Below, one piece after another: positions 31,492 through 40,471 of a stretch of 41,009 nucleotides of DNA. Made by a program: the position numbers and the translations under genes. Numbering within the stretch: position 1 is the first letter of the stretch; each line of letters opens with the position of its first letter. The notes under the pieces are model-generated. The model was not told where the DNA came from and searched no databases. It saw nothing but the letters and a program-made list of their open reading frames with translations. Source of the stretch: Candidatus Moraniibacteriota bacterium (GTDB lineage Bacteria > Patescibacteriota > Minisyncoccia > Moranbacterales > UBA2206); the NCBI GenBank assembly GCA_026396205.1, contig JAPLXF010000066.1:1-41009 (forward strand), given 5' to 3'.

Positions 31492-32328
31492 CTATTTTCT
31501 TTTCTCTCTGCGTTTTACAATAAATTTATTGCTGTATCTTTGTTTTTTTCTGGTTTTCTTGCCCAGCGCCGGTTTGCCCCAAGGAGTTTTCGGATGTTTG
31601 AGGCCGATGCCCTGCCGTCCTTCGCCTCCGCCATGCGGGTGATCAACTGGATTCATAGCCGAACCTCTGACTCCCGGACGAATTCCCAGCCAGCGGCTTT
31701 TTCCGGCTTTGCCAATGCGGATTGCACTGTGCTCAAAATTGCTGACTTGCCCAATGGTAGCATAACATTCATTGCTGACTATTCTGATCTCTCCGGAACT
31801 TAATTTCACCTGCGCGTTGCCATCTTCACCTACAGCCGTCAATATGGCTCCGGAACCGGCACTGCGAACCGCTTGTCCGCCGCGTCCGGGAAAAATTTCC
31901 AGATTGGAAATAATGGTGCCGATGGGAATATTTTTAACTTTCAAACGATTGCCTGATTTAATCGGCGCATTTTCCGCGCAAATAATTTCCTGGCCCGTTT
32001 TCATATCGCTCGAAGCCAGAATGTAGCGTTTTTCCCCGTCCCGGTAATTTACCAGAGCGATAAAAGCGCTGCGGTTGGGATCTTTTTCAATAGCTGTAAT
32101 TCTACCCGGAATGCCGAATTTGTCCATGCGGAAATCAATAATCCGGTAGCGTTGCTTGTGGCCGCCGCCCTGATGGCGCACGGAAATTTTGCCCTGCGAA
32201 CGGCCGGCTTGGCTGCTTTTTTTCGCCAAGAGAGATTTTTCCGGAGACTTATTTGTAATCAATTCTGATTTTACTATCGACATTCCACGCCGTCCGGCTG
32301 TATTTTTTTTATAAATTTTTATTGCCAT
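31492..32328 (-). CDS. rplB: 50S ribosomal protein L2 (uL2)
   Basis: 278-aa ORF, GRNNxG-like GRRGMS..., [18 protein letters not shown]. Confidence 0.96.
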   Translation of the reverse strand: MAIKIYKKNTAGRRGMSIVKSELITNKSPEKSLLAKKSSQAGRSQGKISVRHQGGGHKQRYRIIDFRMDKFGIPGRITAIEKDPNRSAFIALVNYRDGEKRYILASSDMKTGQEIICAENAPIKSGNRLKVKNIPIGTIISNLEIFPGRGGQAVRSAGSGAILTAVGEDGNAQVKLSSGEIRIVSNECYATIGQVSNFEHSAIRIGKAGKSRWLGIRPGVRGSAMNPVDHPHGGGEGRQGIGLKHPKTPWGKPALGKKTRKKQRYSNKFIVKRREKRK

Positions 32329-32330
32329 AA

Positions 32331-32663
32331 TTACGCTTTCTTAAATATCTCAATGGAATCGCCGGCTTTCAAAGTAACAATCGCTTTTTTAAATCCGGAG
32401 ACCCAGCCCGGAGTCCGGCCGTATTGCCGGAGTTTTTTCGGAATTCTGACAGTGTGGACCTTAAGTACCGTAACTTTATAAAGTTCTTCCACCGCTTTTT
32501 TAATTTCCCGCTTGGCTGCTCCGCCGGCTACTTTAAAAACATATTTGTTCAGCGCCGCCAGAGTGGTGGAAGCTTCCGTCACTACAGGCTTAATCAAAAT
32601 CCGGCTGGCCAGCAGGCTGCTTCCTAAAACTTCCTCAACTTTTTCTTTTTTTTCTTCAACCAT
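32331..32663 (-). CDS. rplW: 50S ribosomal protein L23 (uL23)
   Basis: 110-aa [28 protein letters not shown]; position between rplD and rplB. Confidence 0.9.
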   Translation of the reverse strand: MVEEKKEKVEEVLGSSLLASRILIKPVVTEASTTLAALNKYVFKVAGGAAKREIKKAVEELYKVTVLKVHTVRIPKKLRQYGRTPGWVSGFKKAIVTLKAGDSIEIFKKA

Positions 32664-32664
32664 A

Positions 32665-33297
32665 TTATTTCTTCCCGTATTTATTTTCCAAATATTGGAC
32701 TGATTCTTTGCTCATAATGATATTTTTGTGATTGAGCATATCTAAAACATTCAATTGACTGGTTAAAATATTCTTGGCTTGGGCTATATTTCTGGCGGCG
32801 CGCGCTGAATCTTTTTCCGAATCGGCCAAGGTGATTAAAGCGCTGCCTTTAATTTTTAAATTCTTGACAGCGGTAGCTACTTTTTTGGTTTTTATTTCTG
32901 GAAGCTTCCATGTGTCCACTATCTTCAATTCTCCGTCCCGGAATTTTCCGCTTAAAACTGCCAGAATAGCTTTTATATTCATTTTTTTAGGAATATCTTT
33001 TTTGAAATTGCGGTCATTAGTGGGGCCGAAAGCGATTCCGCCTTTGCGCCAAATTGGTGACCGGACGGATCCAACCCGGGCGCGGCCGGTGCCTTTCTGC
33101 TTCCAAGGTTTGATGCCGGAACCAGCCCGTTCGCCGCGAGTTTTGGTATGCGCCAAAACTTGCCTTTGGTTGGAACGGATTGATTCGAATACCTGATGGA
33201 CCAGCGCGTCATTTTCCGCAATTTCGAAAACTGCTTTGGATAACTCCAGCTCTTCCACTTTTTTTCCCTGTAAATTGTAAACTGCTATTTTAGCCAT
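32665..33297 (-). CDS. rplD: 50S ribosomal protein L4 (uL4)
   Basis: 210-aa ORF, KPWKQKGTGRARVGSVRSPIWRKGG. Confidence 0.95.
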   Translation of the reverse strand: MAKIAVYNLQGKKVEELELSKAVFEIAENDALVHQVFESIRSNQRQVLAHTKTRGERAGSGIKPWKQKGTGRARVGSVRSPIWRKGGIAFGPTNDRNFKKDIPKKMNIKAILAVLSGKFRDGELKIVDTWKLPEIKTKKVATAVKNLKIKGSALITLADSEKDSARAARNIAQAKNILTSQLNVLDMLNHKNIIMSKESVQYLENKYGKK

Positions 33298-33857
33298 TAT
33301 TTTTGATAAATTTCTATAATCGAACCGGGTATGCCTGGCACCGGGCCTTTCAAGCCTAAAACTTGCTTTTCTTTATCAATAAAAACTATCTGGATGTTCC
33401 GGCTGGTCGCTCTTTTTCCGCCCATTCGGCCCGCCATTCTCTTGCCTTTCAAAACATGTTCGGGAAATCCGGAACCGATCGAACCGGGTTTTCTCATATC
33501 ATGCTTTCTTCCGTGGGAACTGGGCGCTCCCGCAAATCCATGGCGTTTGACTACACCCTGAAAGCCCTTGGCTTTGGAAGTGCCGCTGACTTGGACGATA
33601 TCGCCGATGGCAAAATTTTCAACTTTCACTTCATCGCCGGATTTCAATTCCGTATTTTCCACTCTGAATTCTTTTTTAACTTTCCGGTTTTTGGTTTTTT
33701 CCATTTCCACCTGAACGGCTGAATAGCCATCGCGTTCTTTATTGCGAACGAGCGCTACTTTTCCACTGCAAACCGCCAGCGTCATATTCTGCGCTACGCC
33801 GGTTTCGTTATAAAGGGTGGTCATGCCCATCTTTTTCCCTAAAATAAACTTGCTCAT
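33297..33857 (-). CDS. rplC: 50S ribosomal protein L3 (uL3)
   Basis: 186-aa ORF, ILGKKMGMT...SKAKGFQGVVKRHGF. Confidence 0.93.
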   Translation of the reverse strand: MSKFILGKKMGMTTLYNETGVAQNMTLAVCSGKVALVRNKERDGYSAVQVEMEKTKNRKVKKEFRVENTELKSGDEVKVENFAIGDIVQVSGTSKAKGFQGVVKRHGFAGAPSSHGRKHDMRKPGSIGSGFPEHVLKGKRMAGRMGGKRATSRNIQIVFIDKEKQVLGLKGPVPGIPGSIIEIYQK

Positions 33858-33945
33858 ATAAATGGCTACGAAATACTAATCTTTTACCAATATACGAATT
33901 CGTAATTTGTATATTCGTATTCAATTCGTAATTCGTAGAGTATAA

Positions 33946-33970
33946 CAAAAAAACCGGCCTCAAAAGCCAG
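33946..33970 (-). terminator. Intrinsic-terminator-like hairpin plus U-run inside the rpsJ-rplC spacer
   Basis: Minus strand CUGGC-UUUUGA-GCCGG (one G-U) followed by UUUUUUU. Confidence 0.4.
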
Positions 33971-34042
33971 CTTCCTTTCTGCGCAGAATCATCTTTTGCA
34001 GCCTGGCTAGTTGAGTATCCCGCTCAGCGGGACTTTAACTAG
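33954..34042 (-). ncRNA. Unclassified GC-richer structured segment in the rpsJ-rplC spacer
   Basis: Minus strand CTAGTT-AAAG-TCCCGC-TGA-GCGGGA-TACTC-AACTAG nested hairpin, then CCAGGCTGC...TCTGCGCAGA...GCTGGC; stands out from surrounding AT-rich word repeats. Confidence 0.35.
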
Positions 34043-34140
34043 TATGCGAATTTGAATCCGAATTATTCCCGAATTTCATCCAAATTAAATTAGCTAAATT
34101 CGGATAATAATTTGGATATAATTCGTATTCCAATTCGAAT

Positions 34141-34476
34141 CTACATTTTAATCTCCACATCCACTCCGGCCGGCAGGTCCAAATTGGTCAGATTATCAAT
34201 GGTCTTGGGTGTCGGATTCCAAATATCAATCAAGCGCTTGTGCATCCGCATTTCGTACTGGTCGCGCGCATCTTTATGGACAAATGTTGAACGATTGACA
34301 GTGAATTTGCGAATCTCCGTCGGCAAGGGAACCGGACCGGTAATACTGGCGCCGGATCGCTGCGCTGTTTCCACAATCTGCTTGGCCGACTGGTCAATGA
34401 TTTTGTGGTCATACGCCTTAATCTTAATCCGAATCCTCGATTTTACTTCCTCTTCTTGTTCTTGCTTCTTAACCAT
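34141..34476 (-). CDS. rpsJ: 30S ribosomal protein S10 (uS10)
   Basis: 111-aa [27 protein letters not shown]... Confidence 0.95.
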   Translation of the reverse strand: MVKKQEQEEEVKSRIRIKIKAYDHKIIDQSAKQIVETAQRSGASITGPVPLPTEIRKFTVNRSTFVHKDARDQYEMRMHKRLIDIWNPTPKTIDNLTNLDLPAGVDVEIKM

Positions 34477-34547
34477 TTTTAAATATAGTTTTTCGAATGT
34501 GCTCTAAAGAACACTCCGCCTACTATCTGCTATTATTTATAAATTTA

Positions 34548-34648
34548 CCCAGCACTAACTTTTACAATTTTTAAAACACGCCACTAATAACTTCTCCGAA
34601 AAAAATAATATTATACAACTTATTAAAATTACAAAAGTTAGTGCTGGG
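34548..34648. repeat. 16-bp perfect inverted repeat in the tuf-rpsJ spacer
   Basis: CCCAGCACTAACTTTT (34548-34563) / AAAAGTTAGTGCTGGG (34633-34648), 69-nt loop containing TATAAT on the minus strand (34610-34615). Confidence 0.8.
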
Positions 34649-34702
34649 TTTACTCTATTGCCCAGCCCTTTAAAAAAGAGCTGGTCTAAGAATAAATTTG
34701 AT

Positions 34703-35896
34703 TTATTTGGTAATCTTGGTAACCACTCCGGCTCCGACTGTACGTCCGCCTTCTCGAATGGCAAAGCGCATGCCTTCTTCCATGGCTACCGGAGCAATTA
34801 GTTTGATGTTGAGGTTAACAGTGTCTCCCGGCATTACCATTTCCGTTCCTTCCGGCAAAATCACTTCGCCGGTAACATCCGTGGTTCGAACGTAAAATTG
34901 AGGCTTGTAACCTTTAAAAAATGGAGTGTGCCGTCCGCCTTCTTCTTTGGTCAAAATATAAACTTCGCCTTCAAATTCAGTGTGCGGAGTAATAGTTCCC
35001 GGCTTGGCCAAAACTTGTCCGCGCTCGACATCTTCTTTCTTGGTTCCGCGCAATAGCACTCCGGCATTGTCTCCGGCCTGGCCTTTGTCCAAAGTTTTAT
35101 TGAACATTTCGATTCCAGTGACGGTTGTTTTGCTGGTCGGGCGGATGCCGACGATTTCCACTTCCTCGTTGACATTAACGATTCCGCGTTCAATTCTACC
35201 GGTTACGACTGTGCCGCGGCCTTCAATGGAAAAAATATCTTCAATCGGCATTAAAAACGGCTTATCGGTTTCGCGGACCGGTTCCGGAATTTTGGTATCC
35301 AAAGCGTTAAGCAGATCCCAGATTGGCTTAGCTGCTTCATCTTCAGCTGTTTTGGCTTCCAGTGCTTTAAGAGCACTGCCGCGGATAATCGCCGCGTTTT
35401 CTCCGTCAAATTGATACTTAGTTAAAAGTTCCCTGACTTCCGCTTCCACCAAATCAATCAGTTCCGGATCATCTACCATATCAACTTTATTAAGGAAGAC
35501 TACAATCTGCGGCACGCCGACTTGATAAGCTAAAAGAATGTGCTCGCGGGTTTGCGGCATTGGGCCGTCAGTGGCCGCCACGACTAAAATGGCGCCGTCC
35601 ATTTGAGCGGCTCCTGTAATCATATTTTTTATGTAGTCGGCGTGTCCCGGGCAGTCAACATGCGCGTAGTGGCGTTTTTCCGATTCATACTCGCAGTGAG
35701 CGGTCGCGATAGTAATGCCGCGCTCGCGTTCCTCCGGAGCTTTATCGATTTCGTCCACGCCTTTGGGTTTGGCCCAACCTTTAAAACTCAGCACATGCAG
35801 AATCGCCGCGGTTAAAGTTGTTTTACCGTGGTCTACATGACCGATAGTGCCCACATTAACATGGGGTTTGGTTCTTTGGAATTGTTCGGCAGCCAT
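34703..35896 (-). CDS. tuf: Elongation factor Tu
   Basis: 397-aa [25 protein letters not shown] GTPase motifs. Confidence 0.98.
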   Translation of the reverse strand: MAAEQFQRTKPHVNVGTIGHVDHGKTTLTAAILHVLSFKGWAKPKGVDEIDKAPEERERGITIATAHCEYESEKRHYAHVDCPGHADYIKNMITGAAQMDGAILVVAATDGPMPQTREHILLAYQVGVPQIVVFLNKVDMVDDPELIDLVEAEVRELLTKYQFDGENAAIIRGSALKALEAKTAEDEAAKPIWDLLNALDTKIPEPVRETDKPFLMPIEDIFSIEGRGTVVTGRIERGIVNVNEEVEIVGIRPTSKTTVTGIEMFNKTLDKGQAGDNAGVLLRGTKKEDVERGQVLAKPGTITPHTEFEGEVYILTKEEGGRHTPFFKGYKPQFYVRTTDVTGEVILPEGTEMVMPGDTVNLNIKLIAPVAMEEGMRFAIREGGRTVGAGVVTKITK

Positions 35897-35993
35897 ATTT
35901 TTTTGTTTGCGCCGCGTTGTGTTGTTTAGAAATAAAACACATTCGCAAGCGAATTACGAATTTTAAAATTATTGAATTAACTCTACAAAACTT

Positions 35994-36022
35994 ATCTTAA
36001 TACAAATCGGTTTTTTTGGCAA
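35994..36022 (-). promoter_or_regulatory. Candidate tuf promoter (TTGCCA-17-TAAGAT)
   Basis: Minus strand TTGCCA at 36017-36022, 17-nt spacer, TAAGAT at 35994-35999. Confidence 0.4.
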
Positions 36023-36043
36023 GGGCTAATTTTACAACTAGGC

Positions 36044-36331
36044 CTAAACTTCGGTTTTTTCGTATCTGACTTCATCCGATTCAATTTCCTGCTTGGCCAT
36101 TTCGCCGAGATCCATCTCGGAGATTTTTTCCTCTTCCTGAACCACTTTCCATGCCGCGATATCGTTGTTTATTCTATCAACCAGCTCTTGCTTTGTCAAG
36201 CCTCCGATGGCTTCCTGGCGCAGTTTCTTGAATTCGCGCAGGGTCATGAGGATATAATACTGGTTTTCCTCCTTAAGAATCGCCCGCCCACCAATGAGCT
36301 CCAGTGCTTCTTTGAGTTTCTTGTCAATCAT
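36044..36331 (-). CDS. Hypothetical small acidic protein
   Basis: ORF; ATG at 36331 (MIDKKLKEALELIGG...) preferred over TTG at 36385; no family recognised. Confidence 0.5.
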   Translation of the reverse strand: MIDKKLKEALELIGGRAILKEENQYYILMTLREFKKLRQEAIGGLTKQELVDRINNDIAAWKVVQEEEKISEMDLGEMAKQEIESDEVRYEKTEV

Positions 36332-36355
36332 AAATTTTGCATTATTTAGACTTCT

Positions 36356-36385
36356 ATAATAACCTGGTTGGCATTTTCTTGTCAA
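36356..36385 (-). promoter_or_regulatory. Candidate promoter (TTGACA-18-TATTAT) for ORF 36044-36331
   Basis: Minus strand TTGACA at 36380-36385; TATTAT at 36356-36361. Confidence 0.35.
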
Positions 36386-36392
36386 TAATAAA

Positions 36393-37583
36393 TTAGAAAC
36401 TTTTAATCAGCAGGTTGTAGCGATCCACTTTTTTGTTGTATTCATTGACATCGGCATTATAGGCGGAAATGTTTGCCTGATAAACTTTTACCATTTTATT
36501 ATATTCCGGAACCAGTTTGTTGTAAGCATTAATGGCTTCGTCTTTTTTCAGTTTTTCCATTTTTTTAGCCGCATCATCAATTTCTTTTTTTTGTGCGTTG
36601 ATTTGCGCTTGGGAAGCTACAAGGTTTTGGCTCAAAGAATTTACTTCCTGCTTGAGCGTATCAATTTCCTTGGCAATCTGGACGCTGGTTTTTATGCCTT
36701 CGTAAGTTTTCCCTGAAGTTTTCAGAAAAATTTGCGCCGTTCCCAATTTGGATACATCAAATTTATTCACTTGATTATCCTCGAAGTGGCTGAAAGCTTG
36801 CGGCGTGACCGCGTTTCTTTTAGCCGGATCGATGTCGGGAATAACTCCGATGCGAAAGCCCGGGGAAGTCGTTTCCGCGTAGCAATAGCCGGACTCGTAG
36901 CTGGAATATTTTTCCGGGCATTGGATGCCGACCGCCATATGTTTTTCCGCGTCATAGGTAAAAAGCGCAGTGCCGTAGCCTAATTCTTGTAAAAGCGCCA
37001 CGGTCAAAAAACTCTTGTCATTGCAAACTCCTTTTTTCTCGAAAAGGACTTCGTAGGAATAGCTGGCCGGCGCTCCGGCTTTATCCGAAAGTATTTGCGC
37101 GGCCTTGATATCGTCGTAACTGATATTTTGGACGAAAGACAAAGTTAATTCAACCAGTTGGTCGTCGCTCATTTTTTTCTGGGAGGCGATTTTTTTGAGT
37201 TCCCCGGCTAGTTCCGTGATGGATTTATCCGACGGATTTTTTCTGAAAAACATTTGGTAAAAATCCGTCTCCCAGTTGGCCGGCAATTCGCCTTCATAAA
37301 CAAAAGACTTGGGAGCGTTTTTATAAAAATTATAGAGGGACTGGTAGAGCGTCAGTGAAACTTCATAGGCTGCGCCGTTGTATTTCCATTGGTAAGTCAT
37401 TTTCGCCGGTCCAGCCAGTTCCACTGCCTTCCATTCAGCTTCTTTTTTATTTTGCTGGACCAGCGGGTTCTGCAGAAAAGAAAAATTTTTATTTCCCAAA
37501 TATCGGTCCCGAACCCACAGAGCCAAAATTGCCAAAACGGCAATTAGAAGCAGATTGAAGATAATTTTCAGCAAAGTTTTCAT
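36393..37583 (-). CDS. Membrane-anchored transglutaminase-like protein with C-terminal coiled coil
   Basis: N-terminal TM helix; core KGVCNDKSFLTVALLQELGYGTALF...KHMAVGI resembles the Cys-His transglutaminase-like fold; the last ~100 aa have heptad-like KKEIDDAAKKMEKLKKDE repeats. Confidence 0.5.
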   Translation of the reverse strand: MKTLLKIIFNLLLIAVLAILALWVRDRYLGNKNFSFLQNPLVQQNKKEAEWKAVELAGPAKMTYQWKYNGAAYEVSLTLYQSLYNFYKNAPKSFVYEGELPANWETDFYQMFFRKNPSDKSITELAGELKKIASQKKMSDDQLVELTLSFVQNISYDDIKAAQILSDKAGAPASYSYEVLFEKKGVCNDKSFLTVALLQELGYGTALFTYDAEKHMAVGIQCPEKYSSYESGYCYAETTSPGFRIGVIPDIDPAKRNAVTPQAFSHFEDNQVNKFDVSKLGTAQIFLKTSGKTYEGIKTSVQIAKEIDTLKQEVNSLSQNLVASQAQINAQKKEIDDAAKKMEKLKKDEAINAYNKLVPEYNKMVKVYQANISAYNADVNEYNKKVDRYNLLIKSF

Positions 37584-37640
37584 AATCTAATTATACCATT
37601 AAAAAAACTATCGGATAATGCCAATGGATTTTTTACAACT

Positions 37641-37674
37641 AAAAAGGCGGTGAAAATCACAGTTTTCACCGCCC
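37641..37674 (-). terminator. Intrinsic terminator
   Basis: Minus strand stem GGCGGTGAAAA / TTTTCACCGCC (11 bp) followed by TTTTT. Confidence 0.7.
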
Positions 37675-37700
37675 GTTTTAAATACTTAGAACTAGCATCA

Positions 37701-37988
37701 TTATCCTTTTAAAATCCTCACAGCTTTATGCAGATATTTTTCTGCTTCAGCTACATCCAGATGATCGCCTTCGTTCCGCAGCGCTCCTTGCGCATCAATA
37801 GATATGCTGGGAAATTTTTCCACGATTGGCTTGATACTCGGTAGCTTTTTAACTGACAAGCCCCCGGCAATTACAAACTGCAATTCCGGATGCTGCCGCC
37901 GGCAAAGTCCCGCTTGGGCTATTCCCAAAAGTATATTGGAGATAAAGATCGGATCAAGAGCCTTATTTGTTAAAAGACAAGTTATCAA
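37701..37988 (-). pseudogene. Possible TIM-barrel C-terminal fragment (TrpF-like), TTG start only
   Basis: 95-aa ORF; FVIAGGLSVKKL...ISIDAQGALRNEGDHLD loosely resembles the last beta/alpha units of phosphoribosylanthranilate isomerase; no N-terminal part present. Confidence 0.25.
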
Positions 37989-38073
37989 AGAATAGCTTGA
38001 AAAGCCTATTGTGTCAATAATACTATACTTTGGATTTAATATTTCGCAAAGTAAAATGTACTAATAAAATTAT

Positions 38074-38685
38074 TTATATTTTTCGAATTTTATCCATACG
38101 AAAAGAATAGCTTTTTTTGTTAGAGGGAGCTTTGATATATGTATCATCAAACCAGTAATTATATATTTTTCTAGGTGATTTATCTTGATAGTAGTAAAAT
38201 TTTATCGGCTGACCGAGTGATTTTTGTTTTTTAAGATAACCCTTTATTATTTCTAAATCAACCTCTCTTTTAAATTCAGCTATTTGTTTATCTGTTATAG
38301 CTAGTATTCTCTTATTTGGCTCATGAGTATGTTGTTTTTTAATTTTATTATTTTTGATTTTGTGAAATAAGTTTGCCTTAAAATTATTTTCTTTTTTAGT
38401 TACTTGTTTATTTGTTAAATTTTTTTTATTATTTTTTTCTTGTAAGAATGAATAAATATAAATGTCAGAACCTATGCTAAATACAAAACTAAGAAACAAC
38501 ACGAAGTCTCTTGGACCAGTATCAACACCGCCATGGTGGGAACACGCTCCCTGACGACCAATTGATAACGAATGCCATCCATCCTTACAACGAATGGGTC
38601 CTGCTATATCATTTCCTACAAAAATCGTTGTAAAAAATACAATGATTCCAAATATAAACGGCGTTAATTTTTTTATATTCTTCAT
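38074..38685 (-). CDS. Membrane-anchored protein with DUF3761-like Cys motif
   Basis: TM helix, then CKDGWHSLSIGRQGACSHHGGV motif; ATG 38685 preferred over GTG 38706. Confidence 0.5.
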   Translation of the reverse strand: MKNIKKLTPFIFGIIVFFTTIFVGNDIAGPIRCKDGWHSLSIGRQGACSHHGGVDTGPRDFVLFLSFVFSIGSDIYIYSFLQEKNNKKNLTNKQVTKKENNFKANLFHKIKNNKIKKQHTHEPNKRILAITDKQIAEFKREVDLEIIKGYLKKQKSLGQPIKFYYYQDKSPRKIYNYWFDDTYIKAPSNKKSYSFRMDKIRKI

Positions 38686-38810
38686 AAGTAAAATATCAAA
38701 AAACACAATTATGACCTTAGTTTTGCGTTTTTTAAAAACTAGTTCTTCATATTTTTACAAAATAAACCTCCCAAAAAAATACTTCTTTAAAAAACTTTAA
38801 AAAAACCACT

Positions 38811-38852
38811 AGACACTATTCTGGTATTCTTGAGAATACCAGAATAGTGTCT
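38811..38852. promoter_or_regulatory. 42-bp palindrome (20-bp arms) sharing the core of the ArsR-gene operator
   Basis: AGACACTATTCTGGTATTCT-TG-AGAATACCAGAATAGTGTCT; 34 nt after the ArsR-like stop and ~125 nt upstream of the next gene's preferred ATG at 38685. Confidence 0.6.
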
Positions 38853-38886
38853 GAGATAAATTCTAAACTACGTTGAGTACCGGGAA

Positions 38887-39195
38887 TTATGAATATGAAA
38901 ATGATTTCAGGAATTTCATGAATTTTTTTCCATAGGGAGTCAGTTCATGGGCCACTGTTTGGCTCCGGTAATGTTTTTTAATTAAACCCGCTTGGGTCAG
39001 CCGCCGGGCGTGTTCCGACAAAGTTTTCAGATTTCCGCCCAGCTTTTCGGCAATATCATCCATGCCGATGCCTTTATTGTCGGCTACCAAAAAAAGTATT
39101 TCAATCCGCCAATGGTTGGCAACACCTTTGAGATGCCTCTCCATCTGCCTGGATGTTTTTTGTTTTTTTTCAACTTTTCTTTTTTTCGCTAACAT
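38887..39195 (-). CDS. ArsR/SmtB-like winged-helix transcriptional regulator
   Basis: 102-aa ORF, ...GIGMDDIAEKLGGNLKTLSEHARRLTQAGLIKK... HTH plus wing. Confidence 0.65.
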   Translation of the reverse strand: MLAKKRKVEKKQKTSRQMERHLKGVANHWRIEILFLVADNKGIGMDDIAEKLGGNLKTLSEHARRLTQAGLIKKHYRSQTVAHELTPYGKKFMKFLKSFSYS

Positions 39196-39236
39196 ATATT
39201 TTTATTTTAAAATTTATTTTCTTTATCCCTGCTACA

Positions 39237-39278
39237 ATTATAACACATTATTCTGGTATTCTTAAGAATACCAGAATA
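39237..39278 (-). promoter_or_regulatory. 30-bp perfect palindrome overlapping candidate promoter of the ArsR-like gene
   Basis: TATTCTGGTATTCTTAAGAATACCAGAATA (39249-39278); minus-strand TATAAT at 39237-39242 and TTAAGA (-35, 17-nt spacer) at the dyad centre 39260-39265. Confidence 0.55.
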
Positions 39279-39352
39279 CACCTGTGGTTTAATGATGTTT
39301 AAAAAATTAAATTTAAAAAAACCGTCTCTAAAATAAGTTGGATTTTTTTGTC

Positions 39353-39387
39353 AAAAAAAGGCCTGTTCTGATGTTGCTAGAACAGGC
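39353..39387 (-). terminator. Intrinsic terminator of ORF 39419-39889
   Basis: Minus strand stem GCCTGTTCT / AGAACAGGC (9 bp) followed by CTTTTTTT. Confidence 0.7.
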
Positions 39388-39418
39388 TCTTATTTAGGCA
39401 CCGAAAAACCTATTTAAT

Positions 39419-39889
39419 TTATCTTGATTCGCTCTGCAAATGCCAAACATAGGCATGATCCATTCCGTATCTTTGGAAAATAATACCTTTTTCATTTAGA
39501 TAATGTTCAAGAGCGTCCGCCAGTAAATAATTTTTTTTAACATACTCTGGCCCAAAAAATACAGGCGGAAAGCCTTTCTTGTATGTTTTATCAATCCAAT
39601 GATACGAATGAAAAACGATGCCATTCTCGACAGGCGGAAGATGGAATGAATAAAGCTCCTGAATATCAACATCTTCTGTATTAATATGAATAGGACCGAT
39701 CCATCCCGTTGAAATTGCCAAATCCCCAGGGCAAAAATACGTTTCCTTTTTAAAAAATTCCTTTAGAAGTTCAAGAATGAAACACTTATATTCAGATCTT
39801 TCAAGTTTAGAGGGTAAATTAAATTTTGTAACAGGTTCCCAAGGTTTTAGACTTTCCATCGTTCTTTCTGGCAAATTTGGTACTTGCAT
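39419..39889 (-). CDS. Hypothetical protein
   Basis: 156-aa ORF with strong SD GGAGG 5 nt upstream and its own terminator; no family recognised. Confidence 0.6.
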   Translation of the reverse strand: MQVPNLPERTMESLKPWEPVTKFNLPSKLERSEYKCFILELLKEFFKKETYFCPGDLAISTGWIGPIHINTEDVDIQELYSFHLPPVENGIVFHSYHWIDKTYKKGFPPVFFGPEYVKKNYLLADALEHYLNEKGIIFQRYGMDHAYVWHLQSESR

Positions 39890-40020
39890 AAGAGCCTCCT
39901 ATTTAAGGTTATATTCAATTTTTCGCGAACTAAACAATTAAAACTAGCATTGATAATTGTTTTTGTCAAACAAAAAACCAGCTTTGTGATAAACTGGCTT
40001 TTTAAAAAAATTCTTACCTA

Positions 40021-40050
40021 GAAAAAACGCCTTATTTAAAAAATAAGGCG
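40021..40050 (-). terminator. Intrinsic terminator
   Basis: Minus strand stem CGCCTTATTT / AAATAAGGCG (10 bp) followed by TTTTTTC. Confidence 0.7.
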
Positions 40051-40086
40051 CTGGATAGATAATAGATATCCAATTTAATCTTCCAG

Positions 40087-40447
40087 TTATCTCCCGGGAA
40101 CAAATCCGAATTCCAATCCCTTGATTAATTCTTCGCGGGAAATTTCAAAAGGAAATTCCAGTGTCAGCTCATCGCCTACTTGAAAATCGGAAGAAAAAAT
40201 GATGTCCCTGGCTATATTATTTGGATAGATTTTTTCTAATCCGAAAAAAACAAGCGCAGGCAGCATGGGTTCCGTATTCATTAATTCTAGCTTGTGCAAG
40301 AATTTCCTCACCTCTTTTTATCATCAAGGAACCCTTTAAATCCCCAAAAGAAAGCAACTCCGCGTGAATTTTTTCAAAAAATAAATCTTCAAATTGAAAA
40401 AAATTACTACCCTCATTAAGAACTACGAGCATATTTATTTTTTTCAT
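40087..40447 (-). pseudogene. Hypothetical gene split into two overlapping frames (40217-40447 and 40087-40311)
   Basis: The two ORFs overlap by 95 nt in +1 relation; the junction lies near AAAAAGAGGTGAGGAAATTC; joined product would be about 120 aa. Confidence 0.35.
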
Positions 40448-40471
40448 GAACTATCCTCCTTATATTGTATT

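Noticed and set aside
33954-34042. The GAAAGGAAGCUGG stretch looked a little like the SRP RNA domain IV motif.
   Set aside because: There is no GNRA tetraloop closed by the conserved pairs, no symmetric/asymmetric loop pattern, and no long 5'/3' terminal helix of the right register.
36044-36331. Small acidic protein as a Phd/YefM-type antitoxin.
   Set aside because: There is only a vague resemblance (..ILKEENQYYILMTLREFKKL..) and no adjacent toxin-like ORF. The evidence is insufficient.
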